A stretch of DNA of 64,000 nucleotides from the NCBI GenBank assembly GCA_020638995.1, contig JACKHM010000002.1, positions 902,902-966,901 on the forward strand. The letters are read 5' to 3'. Positions within the stretch are counted from its first letter, which is position 1. Every line of letters begins with the position of its first letter. Made by a program: the position numbers and the translations under genes. This document shows, piece after piece, positions 40,174-50,178 of the stretch. The notes below the pieces were generated by a model. The model worked only from the letters and a program-made list of their open reading frames with translations. It had not been told where the DNA came from and searched no databases. Source of the stretch: Planctomycetaceae bacterium (GTDB lineage Bacteria; Planctomycetota; Planctomycetia; Pirellulales; Pirellulaceae).

Positions 40174-40513
40174 CGAAGCAGCCGCAACCACAGTATTCGA
40201 AGCCCCCCAAGGACATAGAGAGCCTTAGTTCAGGCACATCACGTGGCGGGAACGCCCCCGACCTGTTCTTGCACAACCGACATCGAGAATTCATTTAGAT
40301 TTGCAGTAATAGACTGGAAAATCCCTGCCAAAGCTTGCATAATTGCGCAGATCGTTAAAACTCCGCCCTGCGGTCGAAACGTCGTCTGCTCTGAAAGAAC
40401 TTGCTCTTGATCGGGCAGATTGATCGTGTTCAAGTGTGACGATATGAGAGATGCAGAACGGATTCTTGGCCTAGTAATCGAACTCTTCCACTGGCCAAGT
40501 GAGGAGACCCTTG

Positions 40514-40966
40514 ATGGCTTCGTCGGTCTTTGACCTAGGTGGCGGCAACCAGCAGATCCGGTTCACTCCCGAGATGCTTCAGATGCTGTTTGCACAGCGG
40601 GAATCGCGAGATGACCGCGAAGCCTACCTGCTCATTCGGGACGGTCGACGCTGGGGAGACATGCATCGCCTGCGGCCCGGAACGTCGATCCCGGTTGGTC
40701 GCGTTGCCGCCGATGGAATCATCATTCGCGATGAACGCTGTAGCCGGATTCATTGCGAGTTCTATATGCAGGACCAGGATTGGTATGTGCGAGACCGTGG
40801 TAGCCGAAATGGCACTCGGCTTAACGGCGAGATAATCAACGTCGCACGACCGGTGAAGAACGGCGACATCATTCGGATCGGTCACACCAAGATGATGTTC
40901 ACACGCAACCTCTCCGACGTCGTTAACACGGCAGGCAGCGACGACGATTCGACGGGCGACGAATGA
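40514..40966 (+). CDS. Small FHA-domain protein
   Basis: GAGGAG lies 7 nt before ATG 40514. The canonical FHA residues are VGR, CSRIHC, SRNGTRLNG and GDIIRIG. Confidence 0.85.
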   Translation: MASSVFDLGGGNQQIRFTPEMLQMLFAQRESRDDREAYLLIRDGRRWGDMHRLRPGTSIPVGRVAADGIIIRDERCSRIHCEFYMQDQDWYVRDRGSRNGTRLNGEIINVARPVKNGDIIRIGHTKMMFTRNLSDVVNTAGSDDDSTGDE

Positions 40967-41069
40967 GAACCGCGGTAGCGCTGCGAAGCGAGATGAATCG
41001 CTCACCTCTCGACGGTAATCCCCACCCTCGCCATCACTTTCCCAGCGACGAGTGGCCGGCACGTGGAAC

Positions 41070-42260
41070 TCAGTGACTGCGACTAAGCGTGAAGATCGGT
41101 AGCATCACGGACATGCCGATCCCGCCAACGACCACGCCCATGACGGTGATCATCATCGGTTCCAACATGCTCGTGGCGGTCTTCAGTGCCGTTTCGACTT
41201 CGCCGTCGTAGTAACCGCTGACCTTCTTAAGTACATAATCGAGACGCCCGGTATCTTCGCCGGACCCGATCATCTGTATCAGTGTTTTTGGGAAGAGATC
41301 GTTCCCGGAAAGCGCCTCGCTGATGCGGCTGCCATTGGTGACATCGTCGAGCGCGTCCTTCCAGGCTTTCTCGTAGAAGTAGTTTCCGGATACCTCCGCG
41401 GACAGTTTCAATGCCTCAAGCACCGAGACACCACTCTGCACCATCGCTCCCAGTGAACGAATGCTGCGGCTGATGCAGACCTTGCGGAACATAGGGCCGA
41501 GAACCGGCATATTGAGCCGCACATAGTCGAGGACCATCCGTCCGATTTCGGTACGCCGACCGTATAAAAATCCGGCGGTCAGCACCAACAGGCCTGCAAC
41601 CCAGGCGTACCAATACTCTCGCATCGCATCGGACAAATGCATCAGGAACACCGTTGTGGACGGCAGCTTGATCCCCTTGCGAGCAAACAGCGGAGTAAAC
41701 TTCGGCATGACAAAGGTCAGCAAGAAAGTCGTTACGCTTATCGCCAGCACGAGCATCACACACGGGTAAGCTAGGGCCGAGCGAACTTTACTCCGACTCT
41801 CCAAGTCCTTCCGCATATAGTCGGCGATATGGTCAAGCATCTCACCGAGCGTCCCGGTCTGCTCACTGGCCTTGATCAAGGCAACGAAGGTCTTGTCGAA
41901 GTACCGCGGGTGGCGAGCAACCGCGGTCGAGAAACATTCGCCTGCCTCCACATCCTTCTTGAGAGCGCTAAGCAACTTGTGGAGTGTGGGATTTTCTTCT
42001 TGTTCTAACAGCCCCTGAAGCGCTGTGGCTAGATTGATTCCCGTATCCACCATGATGGCTAGCTGAGTCGTCGTATAGATGATATCGCTCTTCGACAATC
42101 GACGCGGAAACAGATTCAGGCCATCGTCTCCTTCGGAGATCTTGATCACCTGGAGGCCATCGCGATGCAACGACTGGATCGCCTCGTCGCGTGTTGCGGT
42201 GTCAATCGAACCATCGTGAGTATGCCCGAGCGGGTCGCGTGCTGTATAGTCAAAGTTCAT
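41070..42260 (-). CDS. GspF/PilC-family inner-membrane platform protein
   Basis: The T2SSF-type architecture is duplicated, with three TM segments. ATG 42260 lies 7 nt after an AGGAGG that overlaps the upstream ATPase stop codon. Confidence 0.88.
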   Translation of the reverse strand: MNFDYTARDPLGHTHDGSIDTATRDEAIQSLHRDGLQVIKISEGDDGLNLFPRRLSKSDIIYTTTQLAIMVDTGINLATALQGLLEQEENPTLHKLLSALKKDVEAGECFSTAVARHPRYFDKTFVALIKASEQTGTLGEMLDHIADYMRKDLESRSKVRSALAYPCVMLVLAISVTTFLLTFVMPKFTPLFARKGIKLPSTTVFLMHLSDAMREYWYAWVAGLLVLTAGFLYGRRTEIGRMVLDYVRLNMPVLGPMFRKVCISRSIRSLGAMVQSGVSVLEALKLSAEVSGNYFYEKAWKDALDDVTNGSRISEALSGNDLFPKTLIQMIGSGEDTGRLDYVLKKVSGYYDGEVETALKTATSMLEPMMITVMGVVVGGIGMSVMLPIFTLSRSH

Positions 42261-42271
42261 CAATCGGCCTC

Positions 42272-44011
42272 CTACCTGGCGGTTGTTGCGTCATCACTTG
42301 GTTCGGTCGACTCACCTGCGATATGCAAGATCTCCTCGACCGTAGTGATTCCCTCGCGAACTTTGCGGAAACCATCGACCTTGAGAGTAATCATCCCATT
42401 GTCGACGCCGAGCTTTCTCAGTTCGGAGATGGACGCCTCTCGAACGATGGCGTCGCGTAGAGAATCATCGATAGAGAGAATCTCATGCACACCGATCCGC
42501 CCGGAGAATCCAGTGTTACGGCAACGTCGACACCCCAGGCCCTTGTAAAAACGATCGATATCGATGCCCATCCGCTCAAGGACTTTTCGAAGTGCGCGGG
42601 GCGGATCAAACTCTTCACGGCACTTGGGACAAATTCGCCTTACTAGCCTTTGCGCCAGCACCATGTTTAGGGCCGCACTGATCAGGTAAGGCTCGACGCC
42701 CATGTTTACCAATCGCGTAATCGCACTGGCAGCGTCGTTGGTATGTAGCGTGCTAAATACAAGGTGCCCTGTTAGTGCGGCTTGAATCGCGGTACGAGCG
42801 GTCTCGTCATCTCGAATTTCGCCGACCATGATCACATCGGGATCTTGCCGCAACAACGTACGTAGCGCCTTCGAGAAAGTCAGACCAACGCGTTCCGACA
42901 CTTGAAATTGATTGATCAGCGGCAAGTGATATTCGATGGGATCTTCGACCGTGCAAACATTGTTCGACATCGACGCTATTTGATTCAGAGCACCATACAA
43001 CGTGGTCGATTTTCCGCTGCCCGTCGGCCCTGTCACCAGGACAATTCCATTAGGTGCTCGGATATGGCTTTGAAAACCAGATAGCACTTCTTCCGTAAAG
43101 CCGAGGTCCGCAAGATTCAGCGATACATTTCGCGTATCGAGGACGCGAATAACTGTTTTTTCACCTCGACTGCCGGGAAACGTGCTCACGCGCAGATCGA
43201 TCTTACGGCCGTCGAGCATGACGTGTACGCGTCCATCCTGGGGCAGGCGACGCTCGCTAATGTCCAGCGCCGCCATAATCTTGATACGGCTTGTAACGGC
43301 TGGCAACAGATGCTGGGGCACTTCCAATGCTTTGTACAGTTTGCCGTCGATGCGATTGCGAACCCGGAGGCAACGTTCAGCCGGCTCGATGTGAATATCG
43401 CTCGCACCTTCCTTCACCGCCGTGTAAATCACGTAGTTCACAAGTCGAATCACCGGCGACTGGCCGGCGACTTCTTCGATGTCCCCGATGTCGTCAATCG
43501 CATTCTCGATGAGCGTGACTTCTGTCTGATCTGAATCCTCGATAATGTCGTCGATTACGAACACTTTCGAATCCGGAAGACTCGTAATCATCCGGCGAAT
43601 GTCTTTCGTCGACGCTGCGACGATCTGAACCTCTTTGTTTGTCTGACTTCGCAACTCGTCAATCAAAAACAAATTCGACGGCTCACTCACAGCCACGGTC
43701 AGCACGTCGCGGATGCAGAATAGCGGAAAGACAAGATGCCTTTCGATGTAATCGCGGGGAAGGATGTCCGTGACCTTCGGGTCACACAGCCGAGCTTCGA
43801 GCTTGGCGTATGGAACTCCGTAACCATGGGCAAGGCACTCAACAACTTGATCTTCTGTGCAGTAATCGAGATCAACGACGATTTCACCCAGCAGCTTGCT
43901 TTTGCCAGACTGGTGTTGATGTGCGAGCGCGGCCTGAATTTGGTCGACGGTTAGGAAACCGCGTTCGACGAGGATGTTTCCGAGACGGATTGGTGCATCG
44001 AGGACAGGCAT
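42272..44011 (-). CDS. GspE/PilB/MshE-family secretion ATPase with an N-terminal MshEN/T2SSE_N domain
   Basis: Walker A is GPTGSGKST, Walker B is VIMVGEIRD, and the His box is GHLVFSTLHTND. The tetracysteine motif is CPKC...CRRC. The N-terminus is RLGNILVERGFLTVDQIQAALAHQ. Confidence 0.92.
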   Translation of the reverse strand: MPVLDAPIRLGNILVERGFLTVDQIQAALAHQHQSGKSKLLGEIVVDLDYCTEDQVVECLAHGYGVPYAKLEARLCDPKVTDILPRDYIERHLVFPLFCIRDVLTVAVSEPSNLFLIDELRSQTNKEVQIVAASTKDIRRMITSLPDSKVFVIDDIIEDSDQTEVTLIENAIDDIGDIEEVAGQSPVIRLVNYVIYTAVKEGASDIHIEPAERCLRVRNRIDGKLYKALEVPQHLLPAVTSRIKIMAALDISERRLPQDGRVHVMLDGRKIDLRVSTFPGSRGEKTVIRVLDTRNVSLNLADLGFTEEVLSGFQSHIRAPNGIVLVTGPTGSGKSTTLYGALNQIASMSNNVCTVEDPIEYHLPLINQFQVSERVGLTFSKALRTLLRQDPDVIMVGEIRDDETARTAIQAALTGHLVFSTLHTNDAASAITRLVNMGVEPYLISAALNMVLAQRLVRRICPKCREEFDPPRALRKVLERMGIDIDRFYKGLGCRRCRNTGFSGRIGVHEILSIDDSLRDAIVREASISELRKLGVDNGMITLKVDGFRKVREGITTVEEILHIAGESTEPSDDATTAR

Positions 44012-44038
44012 ACTACGATTCGCTGGCCCTTTAGCCGG

Positions 44039-44374
44039 TTACACAAAACTCTTGACCGCATCAATCACACTGTCAAATACTTCTAAGCGTTGGTTCAAAC
44101 GCGTGATTTCAAGTATTTTCCGGTTCACGTTGTTACTGCTGATAATCTTCAAGTCGCCGTCGCTCTCGCGCAAATCGTCTTGTGCATCGAGCAAGCACCC
44201 AAGTCCGCAGCTGTCGAACGATTCGGTTCCATCCAAGTCGACCACCACTTTGCGCTGATCGAGCGAGATGACGAAGTCCCTAAACTGAGTCGATACGTCA
44301 TCGCCAAGCTCTTCTGGCGCATGAACTATAACAACGTCGCCAAAGACTTCGGTCGGCATCTTCATGAACTTCAC
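44039..44374 (-). CDS. STAS-domain protein (SpoIIAA-like anti-sigma-factor antagonist)
   Basis: The protein is ~110 aa. VVDLDGTESFDSCGLGCLL contains the DSxG phospho-serine context. The GTG 44374 start overlaps the receiver gene's stop codon (GTGA). ATG 44365 is an alternative. Confidence 0.8.
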   Translation of the reverse strand: MKFMKMPTEVFGDVVIVHAPEELGDDVSTQFRDFVISLDQRKVVVDLDGTESFDSCGLGCLLDAQDDLRESDGDLKIISSNNVNRKILEITRLNQRLEVFDSVIDAVKSFV

Positions 44375-44778
44375 CCTTGCGAGGACGCATAGACTTCTTG
44401 ACGACTTTGGTAATCTTCGAGCGACATTTGAACGAGCTTGCAGAGTTCACGCGGACTGAAAGGCTTTGAGACCAGCCGAAACACGTTTAGCGTCTCGAAT
44501 ACTTCATCATGTGCCAGTTCAAATCCTTTGGCAGTGAGAAGTATTACGGGCAAATCGGCTGTGGCCTCGTTGGCGCGGATGTGCTCGATCAACTCGATGC
44601 CGGTCATTCGAGGCATCTGCAAATCCGTGACGAGAACATCGGGACGATCCTCAAGGATCATTTCCCAGGCCTCTTGACCGTCTTCGGCACAAAGCACTTC
44701 GTACTCGCGTTTCAACTTAAACTCAGCCGCCCGCCGAATATGCAATTCATCATCCGCCAAGAGAATTCGGAAACTCAT
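44371..44778 (-). CDS. Stand-alone response-regulator receiver protein (CheY-like)
   Basis: ATG 44778 gives MSFRILLADDE. The phospho-acceptor context is DVLVTDLQMP, and the conserved Lys is in LLTAKG. There is no output domain. Confidence 0.88.
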   Translation of the reverse strand: MSFRILLADDELHIRRAAEFKLKREYEVLCAEDGQEAWEMILEDRPDVLVTDLQMPRMTGIELIEHIRANEATADLPVILLTAKGFELAHDEVFETLNVFRLVSKPFSPRELCKLVQMSLEDYQSRQEVYASSQG

Positions 44779-44846
44779 CGTTCGCGCCCCGTTAGCAAGA
44801 AGTTTGTGTTGTGTCGTCCCGATCGTTGCGTCTTTACACCGTCGCG

Positions 44847-46331
44847 TCAGCACTGCATGCGAGAATGACTGGGCAGCGAAACACGGAAAACGCTTCCCGT
44901 GCCGAGTCGACTAGAAACTGTCAGCGACCCGCCGTGAACGTCTTCGACGATGTGTTTTGCCAAAGGCAAGCCGAGCCCAGTGCCCGGTGCCATTTTCTGA
45001 TCTTTCTTAACTCGATAGAACTTGTCGAATACTTTTTCACAGTCCTCGTCTGACAACCCGACTCCGGTGTCTTCAACCTCAAAGACTGCGGCGTTCTCTT
45101 CCATCCGGCTACGCAGCGTGACTTTCCCTCCCGGCTCCGTATACTTGATCGCGTTCGAAAGCAAGTTGATGGCGGACTGCATCAACATATCGCGGTCAGC
45201 CAGCACGCCGAGGTACATCGGACTTAGGTCGACGACGAGCTTGATGTCCTTCTGGTCGCTGGACGGTTGAACAACGCTATGTGCATTCTCCAGCAATTCA
45301 TTCAAGGACTGATTTTGTTTGTCAACCTTTTCAACACCGGCCTCGATCCTTGCCAGGTTAAGCAAGTTTTCGATCAATCGTTGCAGGCGGTCGGCTTGCG
45401 TATCGATAACGCTCAGAAACTCTTCGCGTGTCTCGTCGTCTTCAGCTTCTCCATCGAGCAGCAGTTCGACATAGGCGCGAATGCCCGCCAATGGCGTCTT
45501 CATCTCGTGGCTGGCCGCGGAGACAAACTCCGCGTGACGCTTTTGAATACCTCGTTCGCTGCTGATGTCGGTCAGTACGGCAACGACACCGGTTACCTCG
45601 GCGGCACCTTCGACGTCTTCTCCCCTTAGAGCACGGCAACTAGCTCGAAACCAGCGAGACGGCCCATCCGCGGATGCGATCTCCAGTTCGCACGTTCGAT
45701 GGGTTACGGACTGACGCTTTAACGTGTCGTTCAAGGCGTCGACCAACGTCGGACATTCGAATCGCTGTGACGCAAGGACAGGATCGGCTTCATCGATCGT
45801 GAACGCGAATAGTTCGCATGCTGCATGATTCGCCCAGACAATCTCGCCGTACTGATTAGTTGCCAACGCCGCATCAGGTAGACCGTCCGCAATGTCGTTT
45901 AGCCTCGAGTACTCGTTGCTCACACGACGCAATCGCACTTCTGCGCTGGTCCAATGATGCTCTGCCTCGTCGGCGCGCGTACCATATTCGACAAGACACT
46001 CTCGTATTCGTGAAAATATTGGTCGCCAGAGATTGCTCTCCGGCAACTGTGGGAGCGTACCGTTCTGATCGGCATCGGCCAGGTCATGATGATCTAGCCG
46101 ACATAACATGTCGATGTAACGCTGCGCAATCTTTTCACTGCCCAACTGACGCATTGCATCAAGCCGAAATATTGCTCCTGCGGACGCCAAGCACCCCACC
46201 GCCAACAACATCCGCAAACCCAAATTCGAAGCCGGCAATGATGGCTCGATTACCCACGCCAGCGCGAGACCAATGGTAATGGCAAGCAACAACTTGACCT
46301 CGTAATGTTGTACTTGTTTTCCAAAGAGCAT
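44847..46331 (-). CDS. Membrane sensor histidine kinase (2 TM, PAS, HisKA, HATPase_c)
   Basis: Two N-terminal hydrophobic helices are present. The region DAALATNQYGEIVWANHAACELF is PAS-like. The H-box is SHEMKTPLAGI, and the N/G boxes are NAIKYT, DTGVGL and GTGLGLPL. Confidence 0.9.
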   Translation of the reverse strand: MLFGKQVQHYEVKLLLAITIGLALAWVIEPSLPASNLGLRMLLAVGCLASAGAIFRLDAMRQLGSEKIAQRYIDMLCRLDHHDLADADQNGTLPQLPESNLWRPIFSRIRECLVEYGTRADEAEHHWTSAEVRLRRVSNEYSRLNDIADGLPDAALATNQYGEIVWANHAACELFAFTIDEADPVLASQRFECPTLVDALNDTLKRQSVTHRTCELEIASADGPSRWFRASCRALRGEDVEGAAEVTGVVAVLTDISSERGIQKRHAEFVSAASHEMKTPLAGIRAYVELLLDGEAEDDETREEFLSVIDTQADRLQRLIENLLNLARIEAGVEKVDKQNQSLNELLENAHSVVQPSSDQKDIKLVVDLSPMYLGVLADRDMLMQSAINLLSNAIKYTEPGGKVTLRSRMEENAAVFEVEDTGVGLSDEDCEKVFDKFYRVKKDQKMAPGTGLGLPLAKHIVEDVHGGSLTVSSRLGTGSVFRVSLPSHSRMQC

Positions 46332-46709
46332 GATGGTTGGTGGTTATTAAAGGTGCGAAGTGATTTTCCCAAGCACACACTAGCGTTCTATCACCGCTTC
46401 GTCTGGCACCAGCTCTGCCAGTGCCCTCACACTATGCGATGCAACTCGGAGAGCACTAGCGGAGCCAGCGACATCCATACTTCCGTTTGTAACGAAACTC
46501 TAAAGCGATACTGTTTGAAACCATAGGTCGAAGCTAAACGCGTGTCCAAAGAGAAGGTTGCAAAAACGAAACGTGGCAACCTTGTTGAAGCGATTACATG
46601 TCGTCATCCGCCAGCAAGAATGGGATGCGGCCAAGCGGCTGAGACCATTATGAGGATGAGGGCGATTGCACCGAATTTGACGCGCGAGATATTTGCCACC
46701 GCCCACATG

Positions 46710-49700
46710 TTAGTCGTGCTTTGCAGCCGTCTTGGGCGACTTTCTCTGCGCCAGAAACTCTATCAGGTCGCGGAGGTCACGTTTTTTAAGCCGCTTGCTG
46801 ATGTCTTCCGGCATTGGAGACTGGCCCGGACGCCTGGCTTCGATTTCATTGTGCTTTAGCGTCAGGAGCTTACCATCCGGTGTCATAATCGTCACGGCAT
46901 CGTCAGTCTCCTCCTTGAGAATCCCGACGTGGATCTGACCGTCAATGTCCGCAAGCATCACAGACTCGAAACCTTTGGCAATTGCTCGATTGGGAGCCAC
47001 AATCGCTTCCAACAAATACTCCCTTGACTTCTCCAAAGCGATGCCTGATAAGTCTGGCCCAACGCGCCCGCCACTTTCATCGATGCGATGGCAACGGGCG
47101 CACGACAAATCGGTTCGAAGGTAGAAGATCTGCGCCCCTCGCCCCGCATCACCGCCGTGCAATGCTTGGCGATATTCGCCCAGCGGGTCGTCGGTAGGTC
47201 GGAGGGCTTGGTACCGCGCGAGCAGTTCCGCGATTCGACCGCTCGAACGTGCTGTCGCCGCTTCCAGGATATCAAGCTGCGTATCGGCAGGGATTTCATC
47301 CGCGATCAATTGTTCCAATGCTGAGGCCAGAGCATCTGATGCTTCTTGAAGATCGATTGTCGCAAGCGCTGCAGCCGCCTCTTGCCTTTCAATCGTGGTC
47401 TCTGCGGAGAGTGCGATTCGCAGCGGATTAACAGCAGCAGATGGATCGAGTGTCGCCAAACTGCTTCGTGCCGCCGCACGGACATTGGGGTCGCCATCAC
47501 GCAAGCCGAGCTGAAGAGCCTCGGCTGTTTCCGCAACGCGGAGTCGTGCCAGTCCGCGGATCGCATCGGCCCGCACTTGGGCGGGTTGCTCGGTGTCGGT
47601 CGCCAGTGACAAGAGCGCGGGGCCTGCCGCCCGCAAGCCAAGTTGCGAAGCGACTTGGGCGGCTTTTACCTTCACGTCATTGCTGCCACTAAGCGTGACA
47701 TCAAAATTCCGAAGCAACGCGGTTGTAGCGTCTTCACGCGAACGACTTTCCAAAGGACGCCACATCCCGAGCAGCCGGTCGCGGTCAGACGGTTCCTCCC
47801 AATTCCCAAGCATATCAAGTGCTTCGACACGCATATCGCTCGGCATGTCGGTTCGAGTGGCAAACTCCGCTAAAGATTCTGCGTGGGTCTCGCGCCCAAG
47901 ACGGAAGTTAGCATTCAGCACCCGGCGCAGAAATGCGTCATCATGAGATGAAGTCTTTGTCATCGCCGCGAGAGAGGGAAGTGCCTCCGGAACGGGAAGG
48001 TCGTAAATCGCGCGAGCCGCTTCGACCACAACTAAAGGATCGCTGTCCTGAAGAAACGCCTCAAGATACGGACTGGCGAGTCTGCGCAGTGCGACGACGG
48101 CGGCAAGCCGCACGCTTGGAGAGTGATGTTGGCTTAAAGCCGCCAACGCGTCGGCGTTGCCTATCCCGGCGAACGCCATAATTCCCCCATGCCGCAGCAC
48201 GGGGTCGCGATCGGCGTTTTCTTCGAGCATCGACACAATCACCGGGAGTGCTGCTTCAGACCGAAGCTTGCCGAGACTGTTTGCCGCGAAGTAGCGAACT
48301 CGTAAGTCTGGGTCTGACAAGCTGGCGATCAGTTCGTTCGCGGTCGAGTCTAATTTGAGTTCGCCCAGCAGTTTCGCTGCCTGGCTGCGTACCTCGACAT
48401 CATCATCCGTCAATAGTCCGGTGCCGATGGAGGCGAGTTCGGAAGTCTTGCTGGCTTCAGCGCGTCCAATCTGGCCCAGCCCCCAAATGGCATGCAACCT
48501 CGCAAGCGTACGTTTGTCGTTGCGAGCGATGTCGGCCAATAAATCGATCGCCCGCTGCGACGCCAGTGCAAATTGCGATGCCTGTCGCACACGCTGATCA
48601 AGATGGCCGATTAACTCTCGAAGCCGGAGCATGTCGAATGTTGAAAAATCAGTCGCCAGTAATTGTTTCACTTCGCGAACCGCCGGGGATTCCTGGACGG
48701 CTGCCGACGTGAAGTGGTAGATGCGTCCTTTGCCAACCCCGTTCCAACCATCAACCCAATCGCTCACGTACACACCACCGTCCGGGCCAAATTGGATGTC
48801 CGTAGCCAGTATGTTCCAGAAGGGCTGTTCTTCGTCGACCATTTCAAAGAACGCACCCCGACGCTTCACCCGAAAGCTTCGTATGCCGCTGTTCACCGCG
48901 CCGCCTCGGAAGTCGCACAAATAGAATCTGCCCTGATGTTCGTCGGACAAACCTGTTCCCGGATAATAGGCCAACCCAGAGGGGCCATCCGCGACATTGG
49001 CAACCGGTGGAACGATGTAGGCCGGCTGTCCTTCATGAAAGGGATGCCAAATCCGTTCACGATTGAAAGGGCCCCGATCAGGAAGATATTGATACGCCAT
49101 CCGCCACCCCGTGTCGCTTCCCTCAGCGATATACACCCATCGAGCCTGATCGCCGCTGTCCGAATTGTTGTCGCCCGTGAACAAATTGCCTTGGTCGTCG
49201 AACGCAAGCTCCTGTGGATTGCGCAGCCCTGTTGCAACCACTTCCAGGTTTGACCCGTCCATTTCACAACAAAATACCGCCCCTGATTCAGGGTCCATTA
49301 ACCGACCTTTGTTCGTAACGACGTTGTATCCGCGATCGCCGATGCTGAAATACAACCGACCATCGGGACCGACGACCAAACCGTGCATATCGTGCCCGCG
49401 AAACGCGACTCGAACGCCAAAGCCGGTATGGAGCACCGTTCGGTCATTCGCGACACCGTCTTTGTCCTGGTCTTGTAACTTCCAGAGGTTTGGAATGCAG
49501 GTGTAGTAGACATTGCCATGGTGCTCGAGGACACCGGCCCCCGTTCCCTCCTCGATCTTGTTAAATCGATCGGCGAAGACCGTAGCCAGATCAGCCTCGC
49601 CGTCCCCGTCGGTATCTTGCAACAACCGAATACGGTCGTCGTATTTTGTATACTCGATGCCGCCATTCGGCAGTTGTTTAAGGTGGAAAGCCAACCGATC

Positions 49701-50039
49701 TTCAACCGTCTGTGCGGCAAGATCAGCATCTAACCAGGCCTCGTCATGCTTTCGGTTGTCGGTCACTCCGACATCTTGCCGGAACGATTCGCAGACGAAC
49801 ACGCGACCGATTCGATCGACATAAAAAGCTACGGGATTCGCAACCAACGGCTCGGCGGCAAATACGCTTCCCGTCATATCCGCCGGAATCTTAAACCCTA
49901 CCAAGGCCTGCTCTGCCTCTGCGGATGCCGGCGCAACACTAGGTTCAGTCGGCGACGGAGTTACGTCGGAGGAGAGAGCCGTGGACGAAATCGATGCCAA
50001 GCACAACGCGGGCCAAAGGCAGAGTGCGATCCGGGACAT
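46710..50039 (-). CDS. PVC-type membrane-bound-dehydrogenase-domain / HEAT-repeat / CxxCH heme-binding protein
   Basis: A signal peptide is present. The N-terminal part is propeller-like with DTDGDGEAD and DKDGVAND motifs. Central HEAT-like repeats include DPDLRVRYFAANSLGKL. The C-terminal part reads DLSCARCHRIDESGGRVGPDLSGI, which is the Pirellula/Verrucomicrobium-type heme domain. Confidence 0.88.
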   Translation of the reverse strand: MSRIALCLWPALCLASISSTALSSDVTPSPTEPSVAPASAEAEQALVGFKIPADMTGSVFAAEPLVANPVAFYVDRIGRVFVCESFRQDVGVTDNRKHDEAWLDADLAAQTVEDRLAFHLKQLPNGGIEYTKYDDRIRLLQDTDGDGEADLATVFADRFNKIEEGTGAGVLEHHGNVYYTCIPNLWKLQDQDKDGVANDRTVLHTGFGVRVAFRGHDMHGLVVGPDGRLYFSIGDRGYNVVTNKGRLMDPESGAVFCCEMDGSNLEVVATGLRNPQELAFDDQGNLFTGDNNSDSGDQARWVYIAEGSDTGWRMAYQYLPDRGPFNRERIWHPFHEGQPAYIVPPVANVADGPSGLAYYPGTGLSDEHQGRFYLCDFRGGAVNSGIRSFRVKRRGAFFEMVDEEQPFWNILATDIQFGPDGGVYVSDWVDGWNGVGKGRIYHFTSAAVQESPAVREVKQLLATDFSTFDMLRLRELIGHLDQRVRQASQFALASQRAIDLLADIARNDKRTLARLHAIWGLGQIGRAEASKTSELASIGTGLLTDDDVEVRSQAAKLLGELKLDSTANELIASLSDPDLRVRYFAANSLGKLRSEAALPVIVSMLEENADRDPVLRHGGIMAFAGIGNADALAALSQHHSPSVRLAAVVALRRLASPYLEAFLQDSDPLVVVEAARAIYDLPVPEALPSLAAMTKTSSHDDAFLRRVLNANFRLGRETHAESLAEFATRTDMPSDMRVEALDMLGNWEEPSDRDRLLGMWRPLESRSREDATTALLRNFDVTLSGSNDVKVKAAQVASQLGLRAAGPALLSLATDTEQPAQVRADAIRGLARLRVAETAEALQLGLRDGDPNVRAAARSSLATLDPSAAVNPLRIALSAETTIERQEAAAALATIDLQEASDALASALEQLIADEIPADTQLDILEAATARSSGRIAELLARYQALRPTDDPLGEYRQALHGGDAGRGAQIFYLRTDLSCARCHRIDESGGRVGPDLSGIALEKSREYLLEAIVAPNRAIAKGFESVMLADIDGQIHVGILKEETDDAVTIMTPDGKLLTLKHNEIEARRPGQSPMPEDISKRLKKRDLRDLIEFLAQRKSPKTAAKHD

Positions 50040-50178
50040 TACTTCACCTCACAGGAGACACGCCAGAGAACGGCGTAAAGAGGAGTAAACTTATGCAGCC
50101 CAGTTTGTTAGCGTAGCCAGGGGGTGTTAGATTGACAAGCACGACCGACCTCACGCTGATCAATCCTTTCGCGAGCCC

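Noticed and set aside
40239-40433. A 64-aa minus-strand ORF in the DUF1501/FHA intergenic region
   Set aside because: It has a TTG start, no visible SD and no recognisable motif, and it sits in a probable promoter region for the FHA gene. The evidence is insufficient to call a small protein.
46553-46584. An 8-bp hairpin (aaggttgc...gcaacctt) between the heme/HEAT gene and the histidine kinase
   Set aside because: It has a 14-nt loop and no U-tract on the relevant (minus) strand, so it is not convincing as a terminator or riboswitch element.
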